Positions 20,803-31,473 of a DNA stretch of 64,000 nt are shown one piece after another. The stretch is from an uncultured Bacilli bacterium. GTDB lineage: Bacteria; Bacillota_I; Bacilli_A; RF39; UBA660. Position numbers and translations under genes: made by a program. Where the stretch lies: contig CAKPEZ010000004.1 in the NCBI GenBank assembly GCA_934149465.1, forward strand, positions 5,463 to 69,462. Direction: 5' to 3'. The notes under the pieces were generated by a model, which saw nothing but the letters and a program-made list of their open reading frames with translations, was not told the DNA's origin and made no database searches. The stretch's first letter is position 1. Every line of letters starts with the position of its first letter.

Positions 20803-22341
20803 CTACTTTTCTTTTTCAATACGTTTAAATAATACTTCAGGCTTGTTTAGAAAAGTCCCTTCTTCCAAAGCTCCAAATAAAGATAATGACTCATAATCAT
20901 TCTTTTTAGTATTTAATTGATAAAATATTTTATCCGCAGTATCAGGTAAGAATGCTTTTAGCAATACTGTCTCATAACGAACAGCTTCTAATAAATTATA
21001 AAGAACAGTAGCAAGTCTATCTTTCTTTTCAGAATCTTTTGCTAAAACCCAAGGAGTAGTATCATCAATATATTTATTACACTTACGATAAACTTCAAAA
21101 ATACTTTCTAAAGCATCTGCTACTCGTAAAGAATTCATCTTACTATCAACTATATTCTTACTTTCAATAACAGAATTAATGAATTCATTATCAATATCTA
21201 AATTAACCTTAGGATTAGAAACATAACCATCAAAATACTTATAACTCATACTAATAGTACGATTAACTAAATTACCAAGTACATTTGCAAGATTAGTATT
21301 AATCGCTTCAATAAGTAAATCTTCTGTATAATTTCCATCTGATGCAAAAGGAATTTCATGTATCATATAAAATCTGACAGCATCAACTCCATATTTTGCT
21401 ACTAAATCATCTGCATAAACAATATTACCCTTACTCTTGCTCATTTTATCATTTGAAAATAAAAGCCATGGATGTCCAAAAATTTGCTTTGGAAGAGGAA
21501 GATCTAATAGCTTTAACATAATAGGCCAATAAATAGTATGGAATCTTAAAATATCCTTACCAATTAAATGAATATCACAAGGCCAAAATTTTTTAAATTT
21601 ATCACTACTGTTACCGTCTGGATCATATCCTAAAAAAGTTATATAGTTACTTAAAGCATCAATCCAAACATAAATAACATGATCAGGATCAAAAGTAACA
21701 GGAATTCCCCATTTAAAAGAGGTTCTAGAAACACATAAATCTTGAAGACCAGTTTTAATAAAATTATTCATAATCTCATTCTTACGAGCTTCTGGCTCAA
21801 TAAAATGAGGATGAGACTCTATGTATTCTTCTAACCACTTAGAATATTTAGAAGTTTTTAAAAAATAAGCTTCTTCACGGGCCTCTGTTACTTCTCTGCC
21901 GCAATCAGGACATTTTCCATCTATTAACTGAGATTCTGTAAAAAAAGATTCACATGGCGTACAATATAAGCCATTATATTCGCCCTTATATATATCACCT
22001 TGATCATATAATTTCTTAAATATTTTTTGAACCTTTTCTTCATGAAGTGGATCAGTAGTTCTAACAAAAACATCATAACTAGTATTCATAACATCCCAAA
22101 TATTCTTTATTTCTTTAGTAATATTATCAACATATTCCTTTGGAGTTAACCCATTTTCAATAGCCTTATTTTCTATTTTTTGACCATGTTCATCAGTACC
22201 AGTTTGAAAATATACATCATAACCAAGTAATCTCTTATAGCGTGCAATTGCATCCGCCAAAACAATTTCATAAGTATTACCAATATGTGGCTTAGCTGAA
22301 GTATATGCAATTGCCGTACTAATGTAAAATTTTTTATCCAT
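20803..22341 (-). CDS. metG: Methionine--tRNA ligase (short form lacking the C-terminal tRNA-binding domain).
   Basis: HIGH-type motif (PHIGN), KMSKS, and the zinc knuckle CPDCGRE. Confidence 0.95.
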   Translation of the reverse strand: MDKKFYISTAIAYTSAKPHIGNTYEIVLADAIARYKRLLGYDVYFQTGTDEHGQKIENKAIENGLTPKEYVDNITKEIKNIWDVMNTSYDVFVRTTDPLHEEKVQKIFKKLYDQGDIYKGEYNGLYCTPCESFFTESQLIDGKCPDCGREVTEAREEAYFLKTSKYSKWLEEYIESHPHFIEPEARKNEIMNNFIKTGLQDLCVSRTSFKWGIPVTFDPDHVIYVWIDALSNYITFLGYDPDGNSSDKFKKFWPCDIHLIGKDILRFHTIYWPIMLKLLDLPLPKQIFGHPWLLFSNDKMSKSKGNIVYADDLVAKYGVDAVRFYMIHEIPFASDGNYTEDLLIEAINTNLANVLGNLVNRTISMSYKYFDGYVSNPKVNLDIDNEFINSVIESKNIVDSKMNSLRVADALESIFEVYRKCNKYIDDTTPWVLAKDSEKKDRLATVLYNLLEAVRYETVLLKAFLPDTADKIFYQLNTKKNDYESLSLFGALEEGTFLNKPEVLFKRIEKEK

Positions 22342-22530
22342 ATTATCATCTTCCTTCCATAAAAAAATCCTTATAATAAATTATAAGGACGATTATAACC
22401 GCGGTACCACCTTAATTTGTATCTAAATACACACTCGAAAAAGTTATAACGGTACCACCGATTAGCTATAAGTTCATTAATAATAAGTTCTTTATTTATT
22501 CCCACCATCCATAAACTCTCTAAAAAAGAA
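22342..22530 (-). promoter_or_regulatory. T-box riboswitch leader (Met-specific) with an intrinsic terminator/antiterminator, preceded by a sigma-A-like promoter.
   Basis: The minus strand reads AGAGA box ... ATG-G specifier candidate ... AATTAAGGTGGTACCGCGG (T-box consensus). Then comes the terminator TCCTTATAAT-tt-ATTATAAGGA plus T7, directly before the metG ATG. The promoter is TTGACT-16/17-TATAAT around 22575-22548. Confidence 0.75.
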
Positions 22531-22603
22531 CATTAATATTTCTTCTTAATCATCACTAATGATTTAAAAGTATTATAACATAAAATTATTTTTAGTCAAT
22601 AAA

Positions 22604-23137
22604 TTATCTCATATTCTTATCTATAAGACAATAATTTATAATATCCATAATAGAATATATCATTATAAATATGCCAATTACTTTAGTTATTACAACCGCA
22701 CCATTAAAAGGATTTACTAAAAATATTACTCCAATTATCAAACAAATAGCTGAAATTATAAAAGATGAAACCCAAGTACTACTACCAATATTTTTTAACT
22801 CCAAAGAATACTGAATCTTAGGAATACTATTAGAAATAAAATAAATCCCCATTAAAAATGGTAAAATACTTACTATAAAATTATTATTAAAAATAAATAA
22901 TAAAGATAATGCAAAAAGAAATACTCCAGATATTAATTCTAACTTTAAATTATATTCTTTAAATTTAAAATATCTAATTAAATAATTAATACTTATAAAA
23001 AGAATAGCAACTCCTACTATAGTTGATAAAATATTCATCGTCAAAGTTGGATAAAAAGTAATAAATATTCCAACAATTAAAAGTAAAAATGATGTAAATA
23101 TTGATATTTTATAAATTTTTGTTAATTCTTTATTCAT
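22604..23137 (-). CDS. HdeD/DUF308-family membrane protein.
   Basis: 177 aa with about 6 TM helices and the typical DUF308 layout. Confidence 0.5.
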   Translation of the reverse strand: MNKELTKIYKISIFTSFLLLIVGIFITFYPTLTMNILSTIVGVAILFISINYLIRYFKFKEYNLKLELISGVFLFALSLLFIFNNNFIVSILPFLMGIYFISNSIPKIQYSLELKNIGSSTWVSSFIISAICLIIGVIFLVNPFNGAVVITKVIGIFIMIYSIMDIINYCLIDKNMR

Positions 23138-23218
23138 ATAATCAAACTCCTTTAAATAATTATATCATAAAGCAAAAATATCTATACCAAACTACATCAT
23201 TTTTTTATAAATTTTACA

Positions 23219-23740
23219 TCAATATTTCAAATAAGAAGAAAATAAATTTCCTAATAACGTTATCATTTTATTATCTATCAAAGAAAAATCATTATTCAAA
23301 GATAAAAACAAAACATCTCCTACTTTAGCTCCATCTACATTAATAGAAGTATAAATAAAATAATATTTATTTTCTCCATTTATAATATTAATTAATTTAG
23401 GTTCATTAGAATAAGAATATTTATTTAAAATATCTTTTAATTCTAATGATATTTTTTTATTATATAAACTACTACGAAGATTTCTCGTTGTCCCTATAAT
23501 ATTTTCATCTTCACAAATAATAATTTCTCTTTTTATAACTTGATAAAAAGAAGATAAGTATTTCTCTATTACATTATTAATCTTCTTTAATTTAGAGCTT
23601 TTTTCTAAGATTATCTTCTCATTATCTACATATATTTCAAGTAAGTCATTTACATCAATATCTAAATTATTTCTTATTTCTTTTGGAATAACAATTCTTC
23701 CTAATTCATCAACATGTCTTGTAATCCCCGTAGCTTTCAC
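23219..23740 (-). CDS. spoVT: Stage V sporulation protein T (AbrB/SpoVT DNA-binding domain plus GAF-like domain).
   Basis: The N-terminal swapped-hairpin motif (ATGITRHVDELGRIVIPKEIR) is AbrB-like. The protein is 173 aa and lies next to mfd as in Bacillus. Confidence 0.85.
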   Translation of the reverse strand: MKATGITRHVDELGRIVIPKEIRNNLDIDVNDLLEIYVDNEKIILEKSSKLKKINNVIEKYLSSFYQVIKREIIICEDENIIGTTRNLRSSLYNKKISLELKDILNKYSYSNEPKLINIINGENKYYFIYTSINVDGAKVGDVLFLSLNNDFSLIDNKMITLLGNLFSSYLKY

Positions 23741-23779
23741 CTAATTACACCTCTTTCCATAATTAGTTTGGAAAAAAGT

Positions 23780-24004
23780 TTATAATTTATGTAAAAAGGG
23801 CTTCTTTTTCTTTAAAATCTTGTCATTAGTTCTTTCTTGCCAATCATTAATATTAAACTTTTTATAATAGCAATACCAATCAAAATACATAGGAAAAGTT
23901 GAATAATCATAATAATTATAATTATAATTATAATTATCATAATTTTTTTCTCTTAAATGACTATCTTCCCAAGAAAAATAATTATCCATAAATAAAGAAT
24001 TCAC
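23780..24004 (-). CDS. Small Tyr/Asn-rich protein (74 aa), a possible spore-coat-like protein.
   Basis: Contains YDNYNYNYNYYDYSTF, a composition like CotC/CotU-type tyrosine-rich coat proteins. It lies between mfd and spoVT. Confidence 0.3.
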   Translation of the reverse strand: MNSLFMDNYFSWEDSHLREKNYDNYNYNYNYYDYSTFPMYFDWYCYYKKFNINDWQERTNDKILKKKKPFLHKL

Positions 24005-24020
24005 CTCAAAATATTATATT

Positions 24021-27000
24021 TTAATTGTTATCTAAATATACTAATAATCTATCTAACAGCCTAATAACATATAATAAAAAGTGTTCTTCTAATTTTATTG
24101 TATCTAAAATAACATAAATTCTCTCATTACGATAAGAAAATCTAAAATACTTAGATATCTCATAAGATAAGTAGAATATTTTTTCTCCATCTATTTTCTT
24201 ACTAATCCTTGAACTAAAAGAAAATTCAATATAAGTTTTAGTTTGTCTTACTTCTTTTATTTCAAATTTTTCTGCTAATTTTTCAAACCACTCTTCATAC
24301 ATATATAATTCCATATCTTTAGATACTACACCAAATCGATCTTCTAGCTCGCTTTTTACTAACAATAATTTTTCATAAGAATTAACTTCATTTATTTTTT
24401 TATGAATCTCTATTTGTAATGGATCTGATAATATATAATTATCGTCTAAATGCGTAGATACATTAACAAGAGGCATATTTTCTTTCACCTGAGTAGTTTT
24501 TTCTTCTGTAGTTTCTATATTATTCTTTAACTTATTAACTTCTTCATTTAATAATTTTAAATATAGTTCAATACCAATGCTATCAATAAAGCCAGATTGC
24601 TCACTACCAAGAATATCTCCTGCTCCCCTAATCGATAAATCTCTCATCGCAATTTTAAAACCACTACCAAGTTCAGTAAATTCTTTTATTGTCTGTAATC
24701 TTTTAACAGCAATATCATTTAGTACCTTGTGATTATCATACATCAAATAAGCATATCCAATTTTATTGCTTCTGCCTATTCTTCCTCTAATTTGATATAA
24801 TTGTGCAAGACCAAAACAATCAGCATCTAATATAATTAAAGTATTAGCATTAGGAATATCAATACCCGTTTCTATTATGGTAGTACATACTAAAACATCA
24901 ATTTTATAATCTATAAAATCAAGCATTTTATTTTCAAGATCCGTTTTAGACATTTGTCCATGAGCAAAATCTATTCTTGCTTCTGGTACTAAATTTTTAA
25001 TTTCTATCACTTTGGACTCTATATTTTCCACTTTATTATATAATAAGAAAACTTGTCCTTTTCTTGATAATTCCTTATATATAGCTTCTTTTATTAAAGA
25101 TTTATTATATGGAAGAACATAAGTTTGAACAGGATATCTATAAGCTGGCGGTGTATCAATAAGAGCAAGACCTCTTAATCCAGCCATAGACAACTGCATT
25201 GTCCTTGGAATTGGAGTTGCCGACAATGTAAGAACATCTATATTACTCTTATATTCTTTTATTTTTTCTTTATGAGTAACGCCAAAACGTTGTTCTTCAT
25301 CAACTACCAATAAACCTAAATCTTTAAACTTAACATCTTGACTTAAAATACGATGAGTTCCAAATATTAAATCGATCTTCCCCTCTAATAATTTCTTTAA
25401 AATAGTAGTTTGGTCTTTTTTACTAACAAATCTATTAAGAAGAGCAATATTAATGGGAAAATTCTTAAATCTATCAAGAGCACTTTGATATTGCTGATTA
25501 GAAAGAATAGTAGTTGGACATAAATAAGCAACTTGCTTGCCATCATTAATAGCTTTAAAAATCGCCCTAAAAGCAACTTCTGTTTTACCATAACCTACAT
25601 CCCCACATAAAAGCATATCCATAGGATTAGGCTTTTCCATAGCTTCTTTTATTTTCTCGGTTGCTAATAACTGATCAGAAGTTTCTTGATATTTAAATTG
25701 TTTTTCAAATAACAATTGATTCTCATCATCTTTAGAAAACGCATATCCAGAGGCAGCTTCTCTTTCTGCAGAAACTTTTAATAACTTTTCTGCTACTTCT
25801 TTTATCTTTCCCTTTAATCTATTTTTTCTTTTTTGCCAATCATCTGTTCCTAATTTATTAAGCTTAGGAATATATCCCTCTCTTGAGGCATATTTACTTA
25901 CTCTATCTATTTTTTGAACAGGAATATATAAAACATCGTTATCAGCATATATAAGCTTAATATAATCATTTTTTAAGCCATTTTTTTCAATTGTACATAT
26001 GGAATCATAAATACCAATTCCAAATAGTTCATGAACAATATAATCACCCTTATTTATATTACTTAAACTACTTATAGAATTTCCTCTTTTAAATTTATTT
26101 CGGTAATTTATTCGCTTGTTATCACTTTGTAAAATATCATTCTCACTAATTACAAACAAATCATCATAAGAATATCCATTATTAATATTCATATTAACTA
26201 AATTGATCGAATTTTTAAAAATATTTCTTATATCAGTCATAACAAAAGAATAATCTTTTAAATAATCTTGTAATTCTTTTATTAATTTTTCTTCAGTGAT
26301 AAATAAAATAACAGTTTTCTTTGCATTAATATTTTTTAAAATATCACTAGATAACTTTTCAATATTTCCTTTATAAGAAGAAATATTTTTTGAAATAAAA
26401 TTTAGTTTTTTAGCAGATGCTACATCAGTCAATATATTATCAGTTATTAAAAAATAATAATTATTCCTTCCTTTTAACTTAATAAAATCATTTACATAAT
26501 TAGTATCATAAATCGGAGAATTTTCTTTAGTATATGTTTTAATTTCATCTAATAAATTATAATAACTAATCAATATGGAATTATAATCATAATAAAAAGT
26601 CAAATAATCTCCTAAATAATTACTAATATTAAATACTTTACCAAGATAATGTGGCAAATACTTCTGAGAATTATTATATTCTTCAGGATAATTATCTAGT
26701 AAAAATTCGGTGAATGGATATATCTGTACTTCTTCTTTTTCTTTTTTTGATAGCTGACTATCAATATCAAAATAACGAATACTATCAACAGTATCTCCCC
26801 AAAATTCAATTCTAATTGGAAATTCTTCTCCAATAGGAAATATATCCAAAATATATCCGCGGTAACTAAATTGACCCATTTCTGTTACTAAATCACTATT
26901 AGAATATCCAATATCAATAAGAGCTTTTAAAATTTTTTCAACATGATAATTATCATTCTTCTTAAACGTTAAAACATTCTCTAAATAAGTAGAAATACTT

Positions 27001-27371
27001 GGTAAATACCTAATATATCCCATTAAATTAGTAACAACTATGTACCTTCTAGAAGATGAAGATAACTTTAATAAAGTATTTAATCTTTCTGTTTTTAACT
27101 CAGGACTAATCGCTATTGCTTCACTAGTGACAAAATTATCCATTGGAAAAAAAAGAACATTAGAAGTATAATTTAATAGTTTTTCATACAAAGAAGTAGC
27201 CTCATAAGTGGTATTAACTACAACCAAAATATTTTTGTTATTTTGAATATAAGAATTATATATATATAAAGTATAAAGTTCATCGGAAAGACCTTCTATA
27301 GATATATCATTTTCCCAATAATCAACTTTAAATAAGTTTTCCAAATTCATAGGACTCACCCTCACGTACAA
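24021..27371 (-). CDS. mfd: Transcription-repair coupling factor Mfd.
   Basis: 1116 aa. The superfamily-2 helicase shows Walker A GDVGYGKT and a DEEQRFG DExx-like box. Confidence 0.95.
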   Translation of the reverse strand: MYVRVSPMNLENLFKVDYWENDISIEGLSDELYTLYIYNSYIQNNKNILVVVNTTYEATSLYEKLLNYTSNVLFFPMDNFVTSEAIAISPELKTERLNTLLKLSSSSRRYIVVTNLMGYIRYLPSISTYLENVLTFKKNDNYHVEKILKALIDIGYSNSDLVTEMGQFSYRGYILDIFPIGEEFPIRIEFWGDTVDSIRYFDIDSQLSKKEKEEVQIYPFTEFLLDNYPEEYNNSQKYLPHYLGKVFNISNYLGDYLTFYYDYNSILISYYNLLDEIKTYTKENSPIYDTNYVNDFIKLKGRNNYYFLITDNILTDVASAKKLNFISKNISSYKGNIEKLSSDILKNINAKKTVILFITEEKLIKELQDYLKDYSFVMTDIRNIFKNSINLVNMNINNGYSYDDLFVISENDILQSDNKRINYRNKFKRGNSISSLSNINKGDYIVHELFGIGIYDSICTIEKNGLKNDYIKLIYADNDVLYIPVQKIDRVSKYASREGYIPKLNKLGTDDWQKRKNRLKGKIKEVAEKLLKVSAEREAASGYAFSKDDENQLLFEKQFKYQETSDQLLATEKIKEAMEKPNPMDMLLCGDVGYGKTEVAFRAIFKAINDGKQVAYLCPTTILSNQQYQSALDRFKNFPINIALLNRFVSKKDQTTILKKLLEGKIDLIFGTHRILSQDVKFKDLGLLVVDEEQRFGVTHKEKIKEYKSNIDVLTLSATPIPRTMQLSMAGLRGLALIDTPPAYRYPVQTYVLPYNKSLIKEAIYKELSRKGQVFLLYNKVENIESKVIEIKNLVPEARIDFAHGQMSKTDLENKMLDFIDYKIDVLVCTTIIETGIDIPNANTLIILDADCFGLAQLYQIRGRIGRSNKIGYAYLMYDNHKVLNDIAVKRLQTIKEFTELGSGFKIAMRDLSIRGAGDILGSEQSGFIDSIGIELYLKLLNEEVNKLKNNIETTEEKTTQVKENMPLVNVSTHLDDNYILSDPLQIEIHKKINEVNSYEKLLLVKSELEDRFGVVSKDMELYMYEEWFEKLAEKFEIKEVRQTKTYIEFSFSSRISKKIDGEKIFYLSYEISKYFRFSYRNERIYVILDTIKLEEHFLLYVIRLLDRLLVYLDNN

Positions 27372-27391
27372 AAAGATACAATTATATGTAT

Positions 27392-27952
27392 CTATTTTTT
27401 ATTATATTTACTTTGAAGCATTGTTAGAGACATAGTACAAAAATCTTCAATGATATTCACTAAATCTTCATATACTTTTTTAATAACATTGCTCTCATCT
27501 ATATTAAAGGAAGATAAAACATAATTTCGGACACTATCTTCTTTATCCCTTCCAATACCAATTTTTACTCTAACAAAAGAAGATGTGTTAAGTAGAGATT
27601 CAATATTTTTTATTCCATTATGACCACCACTACTACTATTAGAAACTATTTTTACTCTGCCTAAATGCATATCTAGATCATCTTGAATAACTAATATATT
27701 ACTAGGATCAATATGATAATAACTTACAAATTTTGAAACAGCTTCCCCTGATGAATTCATAAATGTTTCTGGTTTTATAATAATAACTTTTTCATTATTA
27801 ATTATAGTTTCACAGTATAAGGAATTAAATTTGTTTTTATTAATTTGATATCCTTTTTTTAAAGAAATATAATCAAGTAAGTCATATCCAATATTATGCC
27901 TTGTATTAACATACTCTCTACCAGGATTACCTAATCCTACTATTAACTTCAT
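27392..27952 (-). CDS. pth: Peptidyl-tRNA hydrolase.
   Basis: LIVGLGNPG...TRHNIG signature. The supplied ORF extends 3 codons further, to 27961. Confidence 0.9.
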   Translation of the reverse strand: MKLIVGLGNPGREYVNTRHNIGYDLLDYISLKKGYQINKNKFNSLYCETIINNEKVIIIKPETFMNSSGEAVSKFVSYYHIDPSNILVIQDDLDMHLGRVKIVSNSSSGGHNGIKNIESLLNTSSFVRVKIGIGRDKEDSVRNYVLSSFNIDESNVIKKVYEDLVNIIEDFCTMSLTMLQSKYNKK

Positions 27953-27957
27953 TACAA

Positions 27958-28794
27958 TCACCTCTCATGATATGCATGATAAACCTCATTTTTAGATAAG
28001 TTTCTTTCTCTTGCAACTTTCTTTATAGAATCCATCACACTTAAACCATTTTTTATATAAATATCAACATGATCTATCAATGATAAATCATTATAATCAT
28101 CAAGACTATGATTTCCTTCTACTACAATTACTAATTCTCCTTTAATATCATTATTAGTATCAAGAAATTCTTTTATTTTACCACGATATATACTCTCATA
28201 TTTCTTAGATATTTCTCTAGTAAGAGAAAACTCTCTATCTCCAAAAACTTCTAACATTATATTAAGCGTATCAAAAATACGATGAGGAGATTCATAAAAT
28301 ATCATAGTATATTCATTATCTTTCAAAGATTCTAACTCTTTCTTCATAACAGAAGATTTGTTATTTAGAAATCCGTAAAAAATAAATGGCTTGGGTGCTA
28401 AAGAAGATACTATCAATGCTGGAACAAAAGCATTTGCTCCAGGAAGTGCTACTACTTTAAATCCAAGTTCTGTTACATAGCGCACAGTTTTATATCCTGG
28501 ATCACTAATAATTGGAGTTCCTCTATCAGAAACAAGACCTACATTCTTACCATTTTTTAAATATTCAAGAACTTTTTCCTTTACACTATCTTCATTATGA
28601 TCATGAAGAGGAATTAATTTCTTTTTTATTTCAAAATGATTAAATAAATTCAAAGTTACCCTTGTATCTTCTGAAAAAACAACATCTACTTTTTTTAAAG
28701 TTTCAACTGCTCTAAACGTCATATCATCTAGATTACCAATTGGTGTAGGAATTAAATATAAAGCATTTTTTTCATCATAACTATTTTGCCACAT
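27958..28794 (-). CDS. rsmI: 16S rRNA 2'-O-ribose C1402 methyltransferase RsmI.
   Basis: Tetrapyrrole-methylase fold (LYLIPTPIGNLDD...). Confidence 0.85.
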   Translation of the reverse strand: MWQNSYDEKNALYLIPTPIGNLDDMTFRAVETLKKVDVVFSEDTRVTLNLFNHFEIKKKLIPLHDHNEDSVKEKVLEYLKNGKNVGLVSDRGTPIISDPGYKTVRYVTELGFKVVALPGANAFVPALIVSSLAPKPFIFYGFLNNKSSVMKKELESLKDNEYTMIFYESPHRIFDTLNIMLEVFGDREFSLTREISKKYESIYRGKIKEFLDTNNDIKGELVIVVEGNHSLDDYNDLSLIDHVDIYIKNGLSVMDSIKKVARERNLSKNEVYHAYHER

Positions 28795-28805
28795 ATAATC
28801 ACCTC

Positions 28806-29528
28806 TTATTCAAACATTTTTCTTACAAAGTCAGTATAAGAATTATCATCATTATGAACATATAAAGGAGGCAAAATCTTAATACCAGATTTGCCATTTT
28901 TAGAAGATTCTATTAAAATAGCATTTGCTTCAGTATCTTTTTTAGGATAAACAAATTGTAGTCTCTTTACCTCTAAATTATATTTTCTAAGCAAATAAAG
29001 AATATCAACAGTCCTAAAAGGACGGTGAACTAAATAAAAATTACCACCATTTTTTAACAATTTACTACTAGTTTTTATTAAATCTTCTAAAGTAAGATAA
29101 ATTTCATGACGCGCTATTGCTTTTACTTTATCTTCGTTTAATAAACTAGAATCTTGATATTTAAAATACGGAGGATTAGAAAAAACTATATCAGCGCTTC
29201 CCTGCTCATAATAATTAAATATATTTTTTACATCGTCATTAATTATCTTTATTTTATCATCAAAGTTGTTTTCATTAATTGATCTATTAGCTAACTCAAA
29301 AATTTCCTTCTGAAGTTCTACACCAGTTATCTTAATCTTAGGGTTTTTAGATGCTAAAATCATAGAAATAGGCGCATTTCCTGTACAAAAATCAACTGCA
29401 AACATATCATCTTTTCTAATCCTAATAAAATTAGCAAGCAATACTGAATCAAGAGAAAACATAAAATAGTCATCATCTTGATAAATAATTAAATCTTTAT
29501 AATTAAGTAGTCTATTTTTTACTATCAT
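28806..29528 (-). CDS. N6-adenine methyltransferase (YabB/TrmN6-like).
   Basis: NPPY catalytic motif (FSNPPYF) and a SAM-binding motif. It occupies the yabB position. Confidence 0.7.
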   Translation of the reverse strand: MIVKNRLLNYKDLIIYQDDDYFMFSLDSVLLANFIRIRKDDMFAVDFCTGNAPISMILASKNPKIKITGVELQKEIFELANRSINENNFDDKIKIINDDVKNIFNYYEQGSADIVFSNPPYFKYQDSSLLNEDKVKAIARHEIYLTLEDLIKTSSKLLKNGGNFYLVHRPFRTVDILYLLRKYNLEVKRLQFVYPKKDTEANAILIESSKNGKSGIKILPPLYVHNDDNSYTDFVRKMFE

Positions 29529-30297
29529 TATTAGAATCCATCACAACAACAGTATCATTTACTAACACTTTATACTTTTTATTTAAAATATCTAATGATA
29601 TGACTTTTCCAGAACCACTTGGAGTCTTTACAATTTGTCCTAATTCTGGCATAGTTTTACGATATTCAGTATATGTACTATCTTCGTACTTTAAACAGCA
29701 AAGAAGCCTACCACAGACACCATTTATTTTTGTTGGATTTAGTGCTAAAGATTGATTTTTTGCCATATTAATAGAAACACTATCAAATTCATGTAAAAAC
29801 TTACTACAGCACAAAATACGACCACAAGGGCCAATACCACCTATTTCTTTAGCTTTATCCCTAATTCCAATCTGTCTTAATTCAATTCTAGTTTTAAACA
29901 TTGCCCCCAACTCTTTAGCAAGTTGCCTAAAATCAACGCGATCATCTGCTAAAAATCTAAAAATCAACTGATTACGATCAAATGTATAATTAGCATCAAC
30001 TATCTTCATATTAAGTTTCATATTATTTATTAATTTTTGAGCTTTTATAATAGCGTTTTTAGCGTCTTTAATGTTATTTAAATGCTGCAAATAATCTTTT
30101 TTACTAGTAATCCGCAAAACATTTTTTAAAAGTTTAGGATCAACATTATCATCATCAATATAAGACATAACTTTTCCAAATTGCAAACCTTTTTCCGTTT
30201 CAACTATAACTGTTGTATTAACGTTTACTGAAAAATCATTCAATTTAAAATAATACTGCTTATTATTATCATTAAAAGAAACGCCAACAATTTTCAT
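29512..30297 (-). CDS. ricT: PSP1-domain protein YaaT/RicT (stage 0 sporulation).
   Basis: PSP1 C-terminal domain with its Cys cluster. It follows holB as in Bacillus. Confidence 0.8.
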   Translation of the reverse strand: MKIVGVSFNDNNKQYYFKLNDFSVNVNTTVIVETEKGLQFGKVMSYIDDDNVDPKLLKNVLRITSKKDYLQHLNNIKDAKNAIIKAQKLINNMKLNMKIVDANYTFDRNQLIFRFLADDRVDFRQLAKELGAMFKTRIELRQIGIRDKAKEIGGIGPCGRILCCSKFLHEFDSVSINMAKNQSLALNPTKINGVCGRLLCCLKYEDSTYTEYRKTMPELGQIVKTPSGSGKVISLDILNKKYKVLVNDTVVVMDSNNDSKK

Positions 30298-31244
30298 TAA
30301 AGATCACCTCCAAATTCTATTATAAACAAATCTATAAGTAAATTTGTATTCATATTTCCCTTTATCCAATTATTATATTCAATTAACAAGCTAACTTTTT
30401 TATATAAAGAATCATAATCATTATTAGAACTAATTTCATTTAGAACATTAAGATAATCATAAAAAAACAGATTATGATCATTGATATTCTTTGTTCTAAG
30501 ACAGTCTCTATAAAAATATAAAGATAAAATTAATCCTCTAATAAACGTATCTCTATCCTTAAAATAATCAAGCCATAATGATTTTTCTTTAGTTATAGTG
30601 AATATTTTTTCTTTTTCTAAATACTTAATAAAGTTAACTACCTGATCTATTTCATTTTTTTTATCATCAGTAGAAAAATCTAAATCACTAAACAAATTCG
30701 TATAATTTTTTATAGTATCATTACTAAAATAATTATTTTCATTGTTTAAAGTAATTATCTGACATCTTGAAACAATAGTTTTCAGCATTCTATTAACATT
30801 ATTAGTTAAAAGAAACGCTATTATATTTTCTTCTGGTTCTTCTAGAAACTTAAGCATACTATTAGCAGACTGTAAGTTAAGCTTGTCCGCTTCATATATT
30901 ATATATATTTTATATTTTCCTTCAATAACTTTATTATTAAATTCTCTTTTTAATTCACTTAATTGTTCTTTTTTTATATAAAGGCCATCTGGATATATTT
31001 TCTTAATTTCTACATAATTTCCATCATCAATTCTATGACAAATAGAACAATGATCTCTTCCCTTATTAGAACATAAAATAATCTTTAAAGATTCATTAAT
31101 TATTTTATCATAATTAGGGTTATTATTGATACTTATCAAATAAGCATGCGACAATTTATTCTTATCGACAGCATTTTTTAAAGTATTAAATAAAACATCT
31201 TGTCCAAATAGACAATCTTTATCCATATAAGCAATCACTTCCAT
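30297..31244 (-). CDS. holB: DNA polymerase III subunit delta-prime.
   Basis: Clamp-loader AAA+ fold with a zinc module (CSICHRIDDGN) and an SRC-like motif (SRCQ). Confidence 0.8.
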   Translation of the reverse strand: MEVIAYMDKDCLFGQDVLFNTLKNAVDKNKLSHAYLISINNNPNYDKIINESLKIILCSNKGRDHCSICHRIDDGNYVEIKKIYPDGLYIKKEQLSELKREFNNKVIEGKYKIYIIYEADKLNLQSANSMLKFLEEPEENIIAFLLTNNVNRMLKTIVSRCQIITLNNENNYFSNDTIKNYTNLFSDLDFSTDDKKNEIDQVVNFIKYLEKEKIFTITKEKSLWLDYFKDRDTFIRGLILSLYFYRDCLRTKNINDHNLFFYDYLNVLNEISSNNDYDSLYKKVSLLIEYNNWIKGNMNTNLLIDLFIIEFGGDL

Positions 31245-31245
31245 T

Positions 31246-31443
31246 TTATATAATCTTCATTAAAAGTACAAGTGCTACCATAGATGGGATTCCTAATATA
31301 CTAACAATCCCAACAGTATAAATATTAATAGGAAGAGTAGCATCCAATGAAGTTGCAATTAAATTATAAGCATAAATAAACAAAAAAGAAAATATAATTT
31401 TTTTTATAATATTAAAGATTTTTTTTAGCATAATAACATACAC
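31246..31443 (-). CDS. bofA: Pro-sigma-K processing inhibitor BofA.
   Basis: 65 aa with two TM helices. The C-terminal LPINIYTVGIVSILGIPSMVALVLL aligns with B. subtilis BofA (LPINLVTTAISGILGIPGIAALVVI). Confidence 0.7.
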   Translation of the reverse strand: MYVIMLKKIFNIIKKIIFSFLFIYAYNLIATSLDATLPINIYTVGIVSILGIPSMVALVLLMKII

Positions 31444-31473
31444 CTCATTACAAAATATGAGATATATTTCTAT

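Noticed and set aside
22398-22461. Two GGTGGTACCG copies upstream of metG interpreted as tandem T-box riboswitches.
   Set aside because: Only one AGAGA/specifier region and one terminator are present. The distance between the copies (~50 nt) is too short for a second complete leader. It is more likely a single T-box with an extra complementary segment.
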